From positions 16,616,001-16,680,000 of the forward strand of contig NC_135253.1 in NCBI RefSeq assembly GCF_964204865.1: 64,000 bases of DNA, given 5' to 3'. A program made the position numbers and the translations under genes. This DNA comes from Styela clava. Taxonomy: Eukaryota. Shown piece by piece: positions 26,045-40,048 of this stretch. The notes under the pieces are model-generated. The model was not told where the DNA came from. It worked only from the letters and a program-made list of their open reading frames with translations, and did no database searches. The stretch's first letter is position 1; each line of letters begins with the position of its first letter.

Positions 26045-26635
26045 TGGACACGTAGTGGACATAACGATCGTTTCGATATTATGTTGTTGTTGTTGTTGTT
26101 GTTCTTGTTCTTTGACACGTTTTTAAAAAGTCGCTTTTCTCTTCGAATACTGGACCAATTGCTTTGAAATTTTCAGTGGTTAAAGATAAAAATTTTCTCC
26201 AGAAGGCTATTACTTTTTTTTTTTGCTATGACGTCATCAAAATTATGTGACTCTACGTGTCCATATATTTGAGCATAGCTCTCTTGTTATTGTTATGTTG
26301 TCGTTAGAATCCATTTTCTTGCTGTTATGAAAAAACAATTTCTAATTAAACCCTGGACTGTTTTGAATTTTTCAGCAGTTAAATATTGTATTTTTCACTG
26401 TAAGGTTATTGCTTGTATTTGAAAATTTATGTGGGTTCTAAGGGATTCGCGTCATTTTGCGATGACGTTATCAAAATTAAAAATTGCGCACCTTGTGTCG
26501 GTTCCGCGTTTGCGATTTCATGTTCAGATGAAGTCGTGAAGACACTACCGGTAGTCTACTGCTACAGATTGCATTACCGTACTATTTCTCTTTAAGCCGT
26601 CATGTGAATATATTTGAGCATCGCTCTCTTGATTT
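26045..26635 (+). mobile_element. HINE-like family 1, two adjacent copies
   Basis: Subterminal inverted repeat TGGACACGTAG / CTACGTGTCCA, (GTT)n tract, 3-prime hairpin GAGCAT(A/C)GCTC followed by TCTTG at ~26272 and ~26616. Confidence 0.65.
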
Positions 26636-27279
26636 CAGTCATCTATAGCCTTAGTGGTGGGAACAACCTACCAAACGTTTTATTAGGATTGATCATGTGA
26701 TCTAATTACAAAGAAAAAGACAAAGAATATCATAATCCTTGTTACCTAATGCACTGCCAATGCATTGTCTCGTCAAAACTAGGAACTATTATTATATCTG
26801 TAATTTGTGTCAATGTCAGTTTAAAATGTTGTGTAAGGGATCCTCCTAGTGACCACAAGAATCTTTAACCAACCTCTGAAAATTTCAAAGCAATTGGGCC
26901 ATAGTTAAAGAGAAAAGCGATGTTTTTGAAAAGAACAACAATAAGAAAAATAACAAGAATACTAACAACAACAATTTAACAAAATTATCTTCGTGTCCAT
27001 TACATTCACCAACCAAAAGTAGAATTTTTTTTTCTTTTTCAAATGAACTCTGATACTTATGGGTAGTGATATTACACCCAAAATTTGTACTCCATTGCTC
27101 TCGACAGCAAGATAAGGAAGTAGGCCTCACCAGCTAGCGGGGCTAATGTGCTTGTGGCAAGTGACGTCAGTCAGACTCATTTGTCAGCGTTTCTAGAATT
27201 TAAGCAGATTAATGCAATATTGATAATACTAATAATATGCAGCATATTTTGCTTATTTCAATATTTATAGAAAACATAA

Positions 27280-27578
27280 AAACGAGAATATCGGCCAGAG
27301 ACCGAAAACTTATCGATCGAATAACAGGGGAAACAGCGCTCTTACTCCATAGTGACACCTTGTGTCCCATCACTAATTAAATAATAACTCGCTAATTATA
27401 CTACATAATTCATCCAAAATCAATAGGCTTCTGGTACGGCATATGTTGAATGCACATGCAAAATCTGGAGCAGATTCAATCTCGCTTTCGTGAGATATCG
27501 CGTGCATCTAACAAACAAACAGACAGAAAGACAAATACCTATCAACATACTTACTGATTAAAATCGATAAGTAATAAT
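27280..27578 (-). mobile_element. DINE-1/HINE-like element (family 2)
   Basis: ACTTATCGAT / ATCGATAAGT subterminal inverted repeat, (ACAA/ACAG)n tract, TCGGCCAGAGACCGA hairpin at the far end. Confidence 0.6.
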
Positions 27579-28928
27579 AAGATTAATGTGTTACCGAGTA
27601 TAGTTAGCGTCGACTATAAAGGGCCTAGTTAGCTCTGGAAGTGGGGTTCTGAAAAAGTTTTGGGGTCAGTTTACCTTCTCTCATCTAAAACGCGGTGTAT
27701 TGAATTGTTTCAATTTCCGTGACAACGAGAATGGCATTCCCTTGATTTCTTATATAGTGTAAACAGCGTATCAAGTCTTGTTAATTTATTTGTTATTGTA
27801 GACGTCTTAATACAATAATAATCATAACTTATTTCATTTTTGAACGCGGACGAAATTAACGAAAACACATGTGCAGGATTTTTCAACTTTCGGACGCTTT
27901 GAGAACCAACAAAACACTTTGTAGACGAATTGGAACATTGAAAGTGCGATTGCAATTAACACCATAGTATTCAAACGGGCAATTTAACGACGGAAGACAA
28001 ATCGCCAATTTAAGAAACATAACATTCGTCATTTCGGTAACTGTATGGTTTCGCTGATAAAAGAAGTAATAAAGCAGCAAAACGTTCGCAAATCGGTAAA
28101 CAACCGTGCGGGCCGGGCCGACACCGGTCCGCTGAAAGGCGGTTGGAAACTACCACATGGCACGGCTTCTCGAAATAATATATATCTGTTTACCCGTCAT
28201 TATTCGAATATTCACAACTGTCCTTGACTAGCAGCGTTTAACACGATGTATCAATTTATCAAGAGACAATTGACAATGCAGCATTACTTTGACTTTCAAG
28301 CAGAGTTCTGGAAAAGGTCAAATAAATGCATGTGATTTGATGTATGGTAAAGGTTGTTGTAAACTTGTAACCACATTTTCACGCTGATAAAACAATTTTC
28401 TGGACCCAATATTTGACCTGATTTCCAAGGGTTGTCTTATTGACTGGCTCAGCCTTTTTATAGGATCTCTTGAATTTTGTCTGGCTGTCAGCCTGACTTG
28501 AACCGTGTACTTTGTATTCGGAAATATATATAATTTCCAAACGTGCATACCGAATCGTAAGTAATTAAAGAGTCTTGCTGCAAAATAACACAAATTTGTG
28601 TTAAGTTTCCATGATTGACAGTGTGACTGCGAATAACACTCTACAGTCTACACAATTTATCACGAAATAATTGAGGAGACTTCGAAACTGATTGCCTGGC
28701 CTGACATATTTTTCTTAATTGGGGATGTTTCAAGTGTTTTGCTTTAATTAAGATAACGCTTTTCTTCGTTAGAGTAAATAAGTTAGAAACAGTCTAGTAG
28801 TCCGGGACTTATCATGTTCAGTTGTAGTTGTTATGATTTGTTGCGCGTTAGGCGTGATAGATTATAGTCAACTTCATACTGCCATATAGTTTCAAGCATA
28901 TTTCTATGGGTATGCAATGTGCATCTAG

Positions 28929-29102
28929 TAGTGGTATTCAGCCGGTTCGCACCAGTTCTATAGAACCGTCTCACGGATTTTTATGAGATCAGTGAACCGG
29001 TTGGCATTACTGAAAAAAAGGACTTTTTGTAACAGAACCGGCTGAAAAATATGACATTTGTATGATGAAACCGGCTGACAAAAAATTTGAATCCCACCCT
29101 TG
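28929..29102. mobile_element. Short MITE with GAACCG subterminal repeats
   Basis: GTGGTATTCA / TGAATCCCAC imperfect termini and about five (G)AACCG motifs. Confidence 0.5.
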
Positions 29103-31521
29103 TATACATCTACCTTTGTAAAGATTTTACTGGTATAATTTAATTGATTGACTTGATTAGATTTCATCGAAAAATGGTTTCATCTTTGACACGTGATATT
29201 TTAAGGCTGGAATAGCAGTCAAATTTGATGTGTTATAATTTGTAACTCATTCTGACGCGAAGGCTGCAAGTTATTTCAAGTGAAACTGGTACGTCAGCAT
29301 GATTAATTACATTCGATAATTGTGGTATTATACTATTGTGTTTGTTGCACATTTCGTTTTCAAATGTCGACGTATACACAAAATCCTAATTAAAATGTCT
29401 CACTAGGTAAATTTAACGTTGCATGAACCAAACAAAGGATGTAAATTTAGCGTCGAAAAGACTATTTTTTATTGGGTTTTGCTGATAAATCTTAGTTGCC
29501 AAAGCTGTGTATTGCTTACAATAGGCTAAATATAATTGTTGGCTTGATTACTGTCAAATCATTTTAGGTATCATTATTTAAATACAGCAGGTCAATTTAG
29601 TGCTGAATTATGAAAATGAAATTATAAAACTTAGTATTTTGTGCCTGAACTATTGTAAGACGGCGATTGTGGCATTGTGGATTAAAATCTGGAGTTTGAA
29701 TCCCATCCCATCACCTCAACCAGGATATAATGCATTCTGGTCATTCCATACCTGGCAGTGAATTCTTGTGCACAAGCCTTGTTCAGAACGACGGCGTATG
29801 GAACATTTAAAATCGCCTTCAATTGCCATCTACAATAAACTCGAAAGCAGACGCAACGTACCTCTTTTCATTTCAATAATTCATATCGTAATCAATTCCG
29901 ACGTCGCAGACGTATAGTGCAGTGAAAAAAAACTGAAAAACTTTTTTTGATTTCAGTTTGGTTTTCAAAATTATTACTTTATGTTCCTTTACTCCTAAAA
30001 AAGACACTAGAACGTTAAAGGTGGGTGACGGAAATTACATCGCGGAAAATACATAATGTCGACTTAGTTTTATGATGAAAATTATTTAAAAACTGTTTCA
30101 AAAAAAGTTCGGTTCGCTAATGGCCTTTGATGACGTAGTACTGAGAACTCGTCTCAGAAGTTATTTTCACGCTATTCGCGATAAGGGTGTACAATTCTAG
30201 TTCCTCATCGCGTGCTTTAGATTGGAACAATATTGTAATGTTAAACAGAATTGACGTATTCATAGGAAGCTAAGACAGTCAGGCAATCAAGCAATGACGT
30301 TTGTAGAATTGATTTCAGAGTTAGTTTATACCACTTTATTTTGTTTGTCCTGTAGTTGTACAAAGAAGTGATTTTTTCACAGCAACAACAAGAAAACCAA
30401 CAACAAACCGATCCATGAATCCATTTCGTGTCCCAAACATAACGGTCCACAATACCGTGAAGTGAGTAAGTACCAATTTGCCATGAGGATCCATCAGCTC
30501 ACAACTAAGATTATTGACAGCACCCAAAGTGTTCGAAAAAAAAAACACCATGGCAATTTTATTGTAAGCCAAACTTTGACAAAATATTTAGTGGTAATCC
30601 CCTTGCATGTGGCTTCAAGTCGGAAAATTACCTTTCACACTTTGAAACGTTTAAATTGAATTATTAATAAATCTAATCATTAGTGTTCATGTGCATTTTC
30701 ATTTTACAGAACAGCATTTTTATCCACGAGAATTTGCGCCCATAGGCATTTTCACAAAGAAACAAAAAGAGAGTAATCTCGAAAAGAGACAAGACTTGAA
30801 GTCAAGTTTAAGACGTACAAACACGCGTCTCTCATATACACACAGAAACGACAACACGGTATTCCATATTATTTCAATCAAAATCTTCGATTCCCCGCCA
30901 TTTGTTGATGCTTGATAACAGCCCATTTTTTAATAACATTCTGAAATTTGTTCAATGTTTTTCAGTACTCTTTTTTACACCAATCGAAACTTTTGTTACC
31001 ATTTGTTTTAAAAAACTATTTCACATTGCAGGAAAAACCTACGTACATATGCGCCCGTGCAAACACGATTATGTGTGTTTCAAACAAAATCAAATAACAA
31101 TACCAAAGAGCCGAACTTTACTTTACATTGTGTTTGTTGGTGTTTCTAAATATCGTGACAAATTTGGAATCAGAGTATAACGTGAGACGTCTATCTGACT
31201 ATGCGACGCCAAATTTAGTCAGCGAGACTTTAGTTTATACTATTTTTGTGCTTGCTATAGAAATTGAACTATGTAGAATATCACGACTTTAGTCAAGAAA
31301 TACCTATTTGAAATTTTCGTATTATATATATATCAGGATGTATTCGAAGTTATAGTTGTCTCATTCGTGTTTGCATATGTGTTTTTGCAATGATCTGCTT
31401 AAATTATATAAACTTTGACAAATGGGACTAACAGACATTGTTATTTCGCAAGCACTGCGATAATGCGGCAGAGCGGAAAAAAACTGAGCACTATTATCAA
31501 GTACCGGTATATTGATTATTT

Positions 31522-31738
31522 GGTACTCCCGTTGTATGTGTACCAGGTTAGGGTTAGGCCATAATTTTATTCCGATTTTTAAATTATTCCAGTTCTATAA
31601 AGAGTTCGGGGACTGTCTATGTTAGCGAAGTGAATATATCCCCCTACCCATAGGTTTCAGTCCCTTTACACAACTTGATGTAAAATAGGCGAACAAAATT
31701 AGTTACCATCATATTGGTACACATACTTCTTGAGCGCC
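31522..31738. mobile_element. Merlin-like MITE with an internal GGTTAGGGTTAGG motif
   Basis: Termini GGTACTCCC..GTATGTGTACCA / TGGTACACATAC..GAGCGCC, 8-bp flanks GATTATTT/GATTATTC. Confidence 0.6.
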
Positions 31739-33552
31739 GATTATTCTGTATTACCGCCAGTTGGCACAATTGAATCGCATTGTTTAAACTTCTCCGAAGC
31801 TGGATTCAGCATTTGGTATACAGGAATTTGCTTCAAAATAACGTTAATATACAAAAAAGTGAACATTCCGTGTGGTGGTGTTTGGTTAATACACGATGCC
31901 ATTTACCGCATTAAAACCGGACATAATTAAGCATTGTGCGCCGTTATTAAATGATGGAAATTTTCCGGGAATCGGACGCATTTGTTCATTGGATACGATG
32001 TTTGAATATCGATCGTTTTTTTTAGTATGTTGTTCATCTTGTTCTTTTCGTCTTCTTGTTACTAGACTGGTTATTTAACTACTGCGACAATTGCGTAAGT
32101 CATTTTTAGCAGTTTTGAGAAAAACGTAAAAAACTTCCTAATGAAATTGTTATGCCATTGAGAGTCAATAATTTGCCATGGTTCAATTTATATTATATGA
32201 AACTTCGTAACATTTCAAGTAGTCGAACAAAATTAAGCGAAACTATTGGTTCTCTCAAGCTGCTACCAATATGAAATATAACAACTCTGGGAGTGTTACG
32301 ACTTTGAAAAGCTGTAAACGTAAGAAAAATAAACGCCTTTGGTCGATATCGAGACAGCGCCGCTGCGTCGTGCAATTGTCCTGTGTATCTTAGATTCTTT
32401 TTTAAATAGAATCAGGGCTCTTTTTCCTAAATTGCTTCGAAACGTACATCCCTAGGCCTGTTACCTTTATTTATTTTAAAAAATTTGTAGGCTTGATGGG
32501 ATTAGTTTTTTGTGTGCAATGACATCATCAAAATTAAAAATTGCGCACCTTGTGGCGTTCGTTGATATCTCGTGGTCAGCCGAAGTCGTAAATACCGCGG
32601 TACCGGTACTTTGTGAACGTTTCCGTACCCTACTACCTAGTGTTCATGTTGTTTTATTTCCGCACCGATGCAAAATGAGTAAAATAAATTTTAACACTTG
32701 AAAATTTTAATTTTTGATTGTAAACATCGACTTGTTTTAGTTACTTTTGGTGATTGTTAATTTTTAGTATTGTTTGGATAGGAATCAGATAACTCGAACG
32801 CTCTTGTGTCATCGAAAGAATTTTAGTTTAGAAGTAAACAAAACACTCGAGTACTACTGAACAAGGTTAGCTAAACTGAAATGTTCTATCCAGCACTGGT
32901 ATTGGAACCGTGACAGTATTTTTCATACTTGCTAATTGAAGTTGAAATTCTATGTTGCAATTTTAAGCAGGAGTAAAAAAATTGAAGTTGTCATGGAATA
33001 TAGTCAGAGGCGCGAAACTAACACTTTCTGTCATCGTATTCACAGCCGTTCTATAAACTATGCTGGGGGTTCTAACATGGATTGCAAATCTATTTGTATC
33101 TTAACATGTTTACTCTCGTTAAGAAAACTTCAATTCAGACTCCCGCATTACCGCGCTAGCAAAAGTTCTGAATTTTCATTTTCTTTCACGTTCTCTTATG
33201 CGCATTATTCTCTTATGCATTCAATAACGTTTCTCTTACATCTCTTTGGTATAAAAGTAAAAAATCATTCAAAAAAAGATCATTCAAATTTTTTTAACTT
33301 TTTTATTTATTGATCAAATCTCCCATAAAACTTCATACTTGAAATGCGATCAGGAAATATTCCATCAAATCTTTTTCAAGCATTAGTTACTCCGACAATC
33401 TTATAAAATAGAGTATATATTGAATTTTCCTATCAAAATGAATTGTTAAAATACTCGAATTATAATCTGAAAATAATATTAATAAAATTGCCAAACTGAC
33501 TGAAAAATTACTGATTTACATATATATTTTTAGTAAATTAAAACACAAAAAA

Positions 33553-35140
33553 TTAATTACTGAACCATTTTGCTGCTTTAAACACACAAAGGTTGAAAAA
33601 GAGTAGAGGGAACGAAAAAACTGTTGAAATCCCTCCACACGTTGTGGTAGCAGCCGCAGTAGTAGTAGCAGTTACTACGCATGCCGCTTCCGAGGCTTCA
33701 TAACCAGATTTACATGCACATTTTCCTGTCGAGGTGTTGCATTCCGAGTTGGCGTCACCATTGGTTGTGCAGTCGGAGGTCGCTGCACATTTTCTGTCAA
33801 CACAAGCTGTTGCCCCAGGGATCTGATTTACTGGACATGCGCACTGTGATGATACGCAGTAGAGAGTGCTGGATCCACAAGCAGATGTGATTGTAGTTGC
33901 TGTGCAAGCTTTGGGTGTACACGATCCAGATGAAGCGTCGGCATCGGAAAGAAATCCACAGGTGCATCCGGTGGTTCCAGTTGTAGCACAATAAGAATGA
34001 GCTTCGTTGATAAAACAATCTCTGTCACCATTGCTGCAGGTACGACGCACACATGCAGTGTGTGACGTATCGACGAAGTTATCTTTGCAGTTGCAAACGT
34101 CGATCGCGGGAGTCGTATTGCAGTAACTGTTGGCATCGGAGGGTGTGCAGTCACTATCACCAGCATTGCATGTCATTGCTTCGCAGCCAGTAGTTGTGGG
34201 AGCGGGCTGTAAAATTTGACATGAAAAATAAATTAATTCTGTATCTTATAACTTCATTTGCGAAATAGTTTTGGTATCAACTGGATCTAATGCCAGCTAA
34301 CACTATAGCTATTTCTAGGGGTTTGACATAAAGTTGTGTTAGAAAATCTGTTGTACATCACTTTAATACAAAAATCGAAAACATAATATGTTAAATAGCT
34401 CTTCAGTTTGCAATCTGCATGATTAAAGATTCTCCGGTAATGAGCTTACTTCAGTTTTGGTATTACTCGAGGTGAATGAAAATAAATTATATATTTTATT
34501 ATATCTTGAATTTTATTGTTTAAGCTGAGTCCATTGGCAAAAGCTCACATGAATATTTTGATAATTTGAGTGCTCAAATACTTTTTGATTACTCTTACCG
34601 TATAATTGACATCACACACGCAAAGTATTGGAGAAGCAGAGTTGCACGTACTTGCGTTTGGTTCGCCTGTACATGTACCACCTGCGGCTGAGCAAGTTCC
34701 GTCCAATTGACTCAGACCTGTTATTAAAAAAACTTGCCTTGCCGTCTGTTTCTTAATTTTATTGTTATTTAAAACGTTATCCATCTATAATTTAATAAGT
34801 TTTTTTCAATTTCACGATTCAGTTAAATAATAGGCTTGTTTTGAAAATATTTCTGCATTAATTTTATTGTTATTTAAAACGTTATCCATCTATAATTTAG
34901 ACGTTTTTTTTCAATTTCACGATTCAGTTAAATGATAGGCTTGTTTTGAAAATATTTCTGCATTCACTATTTTAAATCAATTTTTAGAGTAAATAAATAT
35001 TGTTTGGTAAAGGAGAAATTGAAAACAAAATTGTCTCAAGAAACGACGTTTTTATAAATTTATCTAGTTTAAAGTGATAACTATACTTCACCTCCTCTTG
35101 TCATGAACAAAACACACAGCATAGAAACCAAAACCCTCAT
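33553..35140 (-). CDS. Tandem family copy A: five 6-Cys EGF-like modules, Thr stalk, GPI-type tail, ~273 aa
   Basis: Exons 35140-35092 (MRVLVSMLCVLFMTRG), 34717-34599, 34206-33553. GT-AG introns of phase 1 and 0, frame intact. Confidence 0.88.
34755..34965. repeat. ~103-bp tandem duplication in intron 1 of copy A only
   Basis: TTAATTTTATTGTTATTTAAAACGTTATCC...TTTCTGCATT occurs twice here and once in copies B, C and E. Confidence 0.85.
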
Positions 35141-36385
35141 TTTAATTGTTGTTAAGATTGATGAATCTTCGAATATTCGTCGATTTATGCTGTAATATTT
35201 GAAACAGAAATTTAGTATTATGGATTATTAACAAAGAAATTCCCCGTCCTGTCTCCCTCACGAAAATTTCGACGAAGCCAATTCCTATATTATCATTGCG
35301 CGAATAACTTTTTAAAATTACTTCAAGGATTAAATAGTTTTCAGCAGCTCTTGATAAGTACATAGCTATCATGCTATGGCGAACAGGATCTTTTTTACTC
35401 GGCACAGACCTACCACGATATCAAACAGTAGATATATTTATTGTCTTAATGTTTACATATTTTAAGATTATAAAGACAAAACTCGGGTCGCGTAAACTGC
35501 CGATTCCTAATTAGCCGACGAAAAACACAGCCCGACAATGGAAATGTCCATGTCAACTTCATTTTTCATCTGATGAAGTTATGGTAATTAAATTATTTTA
35601 TGTATATTGCATATGTTATGCATCAATTACATTGGATTTCCGAACTAAAAATCCGTTTCAAAATCGGTTCGCTTACAGTTTACACTATGTATCTACAAAT
35701 GCCAACTTTCTTGACGACATCCCATGCATTGAGTATGGTACAAATTACCATTGCTCATTGAGTATATTCAAGACATATTGGGATACGATGAACGACGAAC
35801 GGCAAGAAAGTATATTGATTGAAAAAATTATTACGACTCACCCAGTCTGGTAATCTTATTTAACTGGTAAATATCTCCAAGCGTAATGGTTCATTTGGTG
35901 ATCGTTTGCGGTTTTTATACTGAATCACCGCAGAAAAAGATTCCTTTGGATGAATGAAAGAGAATACTATTTGTATGAGAACTAGCGACTTTCACTCATA
36001 ACAAACACACTCTTTCCGATATGCTAACCCGTTTGGTTCCAAGACCTACTTAATATGTCGTCAACGACATTTTCGTCATTTGATTTTGGGAATGAATTCT
36101 CTCATATTATTACCGCAAGCAATATCAGCCAAATCCGTGTAACTTTTTGGGTTTTCAATATTTTATCATCAACTTAGAGTTTTTTGAATTATCCATATTA
36201 GGTCGAACGTTTATGCATAAAATAATATTATCGCGTAATATCAAATGAGATCAATTATTTCACAATATCGCTTCAAAATGGAGACGTTCACTCGACCAAA
36301 ACTGATACGAAACTAGGAGTTTTTTTTTAACTACCCTTTAAGAAAATTGAATTTATTTAATGGAAGCGTTGTTGACATTATACAT

Positions 36386-37182
36386 CAGGGTGGTCCAAGG
36401 TTGTATGCTCCACAAAATTATTTTTACGTTGTTGGCGGGCTACAATAGTGCCAAGAATAGATAAAGAGCGCAATACTGAAAAACATTTTTATTATGCAAA
36501 CACATTAATCAGCAGTTGTCAATTATTTAGCTGAAAAATGCAAAAACTCACTAAACCCGGCATAACTTTCTAATTTACATTTAGTGTAAGATTTTAAACT
36601 CTTCATAACGGAAAAAGTGCTTCCGCAATTGTTATTGCTTTCGGACATCGATTGGATTTTCAAAGCAAAATTTTATCTTTGAAAATTCTCATTGCTCACA
36701 AGATAAAAACTGCCGTCTCAAATTTTATTCTTTTTTTTACCGACATATCAAGCAAGCATTGTGGTATTTTCCCTCCCATATTCAGTTAAAAATCCAGTGA
36801 AATGTAATGCTGTTTGAGCTGGTGGTAAAAAACATCCGCGTGAATTATATTGTTCATTATATCATGCATAGGCAACCTAGGCTATAATAGAATCCGCATT
36901 CGATTTTTAGTTTTCTATGGTTCCTATACCGTTAGCATATATTCCCAATCAAAATGATAGAAAGCCGGATAACAATTTAGACTAGCTAAGCACATCATTC
37001 AACTTCGCTAGTTGCCTCAGCTGCCGTAACACTAGTCAATTCAGTGTCATTAGTGATGTAACAATATGTGAAAAGATTTTTCTAGTTAGTTTTATGACGA
37101 AACAACACGGATGCGACGCGGGCCACAGATAATGAATCTGAGGGCCACATGAGGCCCGCGGGCTCGGGTTTCGACAACCCTG
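36386..37182. mobile_element. hAT (Charlie-like) non-autonomous insertion upstream of copy A
   Basis: CAGGGTGGTC / GACAACCCTG ends, GCGGGCCAC subterminal motifs, TATACAT on both flanks. Absent at the homologous site upstream of B, C and E. Confidence 0.7.
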
Positions 37183-37630
37183 CTGATATACATGTTTCAT
37201 GTGATAAGTGTTGTTAGTTAGTTGTCATTCAACTTCGAGCGTCAGAATAACGAGTCTGTATTGGTATAGTAATTGTTAGCAGATGGACACGATACGCACG
37301 ATAATACTTATTCGGTCGTACGGAAAATTAAATGGGACGCCGGGATTTTGGGGGTGCGGGAACTCATAGCGATATTATGTTGTACTGAAATGCTGATTGC
37401 ATTTTACCACTTGGTGTGTTAGAATAAAGTATTTATTATTATAATTTACACTTCTGTATATCGTATGTTATACTTTCATCGTAAAATAAATATGCCAAAA
37501 GGTATTTTGCACACACTTTGACCTCGTAATTTGAAATAAGATGTTGACGTGAGCACCTCCGCGTCTGAGGTACGTTTGATTTTGGAATCATCATAATGCA
37601 AAATTCGCTCCAAAAAGCATTTCAGCACAC

Positions 37631-37966
37631 ATTTGGAGCAACATATGAGTGCCCTGGAGTGCCTATGGTGAGCTAGAAATTTCAAAGCATGCCAAATGCG
37701 CCATCTTTTTCCAACTAGTCATCTGTCTATTGCTGATGTCGTTCACTTCACATCTGTTTTAAGCTCTATGATACAATGTCAAGGTCTCAACAAGCCGTTC
37801 CATTTGACGGTATTACCGTATATATATTAGAAATGGACCTCAGATGTGAGGTGAACGACATCAGCAATAGACAGATGACTAGTTGAAAAAGTATGGCGCA
37901 TTTCGCATGCTTAGAAATTTCTAGCTCACCATAGGCACTCCAGGGCACTCATATGTTGCTCCAAAT
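37631..37966. repeat. Long inverted repeat (126-bp arms, 84-bp spacer)
   Basis: 37631-37756 is the near-exact reverse complement of 37841-37966. Confidence 0.9.
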
Positions 37967-38896
37967 ATGGGAATGCGATATACTTCATGAAGGGGCTGGC
38001 TGATGGGCACATGTATAATAGTTATAAATATTAGGTTGACAAGGTCCGTAAATTTTGTTGTTTTGCATGTCTCTTCGTACATGTAGTCCTATTTAGTAGA
38101 CGCTAAATCTAAATTTAACAATTTTTATTGAATTTTATTCCAATGTGAATTCCATGAGATGAGATGAGACAGGCATAATTGCTATGGGATGGGAATTGGA
38201 CAGAAAAATATATCCCATGGACAAGCCTGGCAATACCTATGGTGCACAAGCTACAAACTGGACCCCAGACAAGTAGTCGATGTGATGTACAAACCATTGA
38301 AAAACCGTTGTATCGTTTGGGTGGTTTTGTATTTAAGTTGTTGCTTGGACGAGATCTTGGAATATAAATTATAAAGTAATAATCAATAGATGAATTTTGA
38401 TGAAAAAAAACGCATTGCGGTATAATTTTGTAAAAGTTGTCATCTGATGCTAATTATGTTTAACACGAACGCAAAATGAATCTAAGGATGGTTGGAAACT
38501 TGCAATATGAAAAGTGGTTGTTGTTAATGTTTTTAAAATTTTTATTCTTGAAATTATTTGAATACGTTAGTTAAAATGGAACGTTCTCGTATCCAGTGCT
38601 GGTATCGGAGTATGCACCGGCTAATTTTTTTCAAACTTTCTGATTGAAGCTGAAATTTTAAATGGGTAGAAGACCAAAGTTAAATTAAATTTCTGAAGCA
38701 TAATTTTTCAGTCGAAGCGAAAATTTCCTGCGGTACAAACTTTCAAAGCAAATATTTCTCTGTGGAGTGAAAATTTCAAGCGATACCAACTAATATTTTC
38801 AAGTTTTGGTGCGGTGTGCAATCTTTGAGACAGTAAACATTCGAATGTTGCAAGGAGAGTCGAGTTTTAAATAATTCGTAGAAATATAGAATTTTC

Positions 38897-39132
38897 GTTA
38901 CCCCGAGTTATGTCAACCAAGATGGCGGAACGTATGTATGTGTATGTGTCTACCAGGTTAGGGTTAGGCCATAATTGCATTCCAATTTTCTTATTTTAGT
39001 TTTAATATGAGTTTGGAGACTAGCCAAGTGACTCCCATAGTATTTGTAAATGAAATCATGACCTAACCCTAACCTGGTACACATACTACGTTCCGGTGTC
39101 CGCCATCTTGGTTTACATACTTCGGGAGTACC
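38897..39132. mobile_element. Merlin-like palindromic MITE with telomere-like motifs
   Basis: CCAAGATGGCGG / CCGCCATCTTGG and CCAGGTTAGGGTTAGG / CCTAACCCTAACCTGG inverted pairs, right end GGGAGTACC. Absent in the paralogous spacers. Confidence 0.65.
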
Positions 39133-39252
39133 GAATATTACGGCCGTTTCGTCTTTTATACTGGGGCTCCAGACACTTCTCGGAATCTATCTGTAAGTAA
39201 CACCCGATGGAATTTTATGAGTAAAGTTTTCCCCCTGGAGAGAATATTCTAC

Positions 39253-39590
39253 TGTCGCGGACTAAAGTGTCCGCGTTTATGTTTTGTGTATATATATATT
39301 TTTATGTTTATAGACTGTTATGTTGACATTTATTTAATGCTTTTTTGTCGGATTTGGACTCCGACCACTCACTACATGTGAGGCAAAAACTGTCTTTCGA
39401 TCTCTCTTCTCCGGCTGCCGCGCTGGCGGGCGGTCGTGTTTTCGGTTCCTTAGTTATATTTTGTTGTGTTGTCTGTTTATGTTGTTTTAAGTTTGATATA
39501 GGAATTGCCGTACAATAAACAACCAATCCGGAACCTTTGAGTCTTCTGATTCATTCTACAACCACGGTAACAACATCTTGGTCCGTGGCA
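39253..39590 (+). mobile_element. Solo LTR (Gypsy-like)
   Basis: TG...CA ends with imperfect IR TGTCGCGGACTAA / TTGGTCCGTGGCA, 4-bp TSD CTAC, internal TATATATA and AATAAA. The empty site ATTCTACTTCA is present at ~46380, ~51268 and ~61260. Confidence 0.8.
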
Positions 39591-40048
39591 CTACTTCAGA
39601 CTCTCGTTTTGCAATGCTATAGCTAATCTGAATTTTTACTTTGTGCATTCTCTTGTGCTCACATCTCAAATCGTTATGGATTCGTCTCACCGCAAAATCT
39701 CAACATTAAAAGTTGTTATCTCTGATATTGACTGCGTATCTATTTTTTTAATAAACTAGATTGGGGAAATAAAAAAAACTATATATTGTTTCAACTTTTT
39801 TTTTATTAATTGAAGCTGCCATAAAACTTTATACTTGAAATGGGATCAGGAAATATTCCATCAAATCTTTTTCAAGCATTAGTTACTACGACAAACGTAT
39901 AAAATATAGTATACATTGAGTTTTCCTATCAAAATGAATTGTTAAAATACTCGAATAATCATCAAAAATTATTTTCAATAAAATTGCCAAACTGACTGAA
40001 AAATTACTGATTTACATATATATTTTTAGATAATTAAAACACAAAAAA

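Noticed and set aside
27700-31200. Possible hidden exons or transposase remnants (for example 29700-29830 and 30241-30572 on the minus strand)
   Set aside because: No recognisable motif and no consistent exon chain by eye. A tblastx search or RNA-seq would be needed.
31545-31560. Interstitial telomere
   Set aside because: Only about two TTAGGG units, embedded in a MITE arm.
39308-39526. 72-aa ORF with a C-x2-C motif
   Set aside because: It lies entirely within the solo LTR and has no gag or pol similarity visible.
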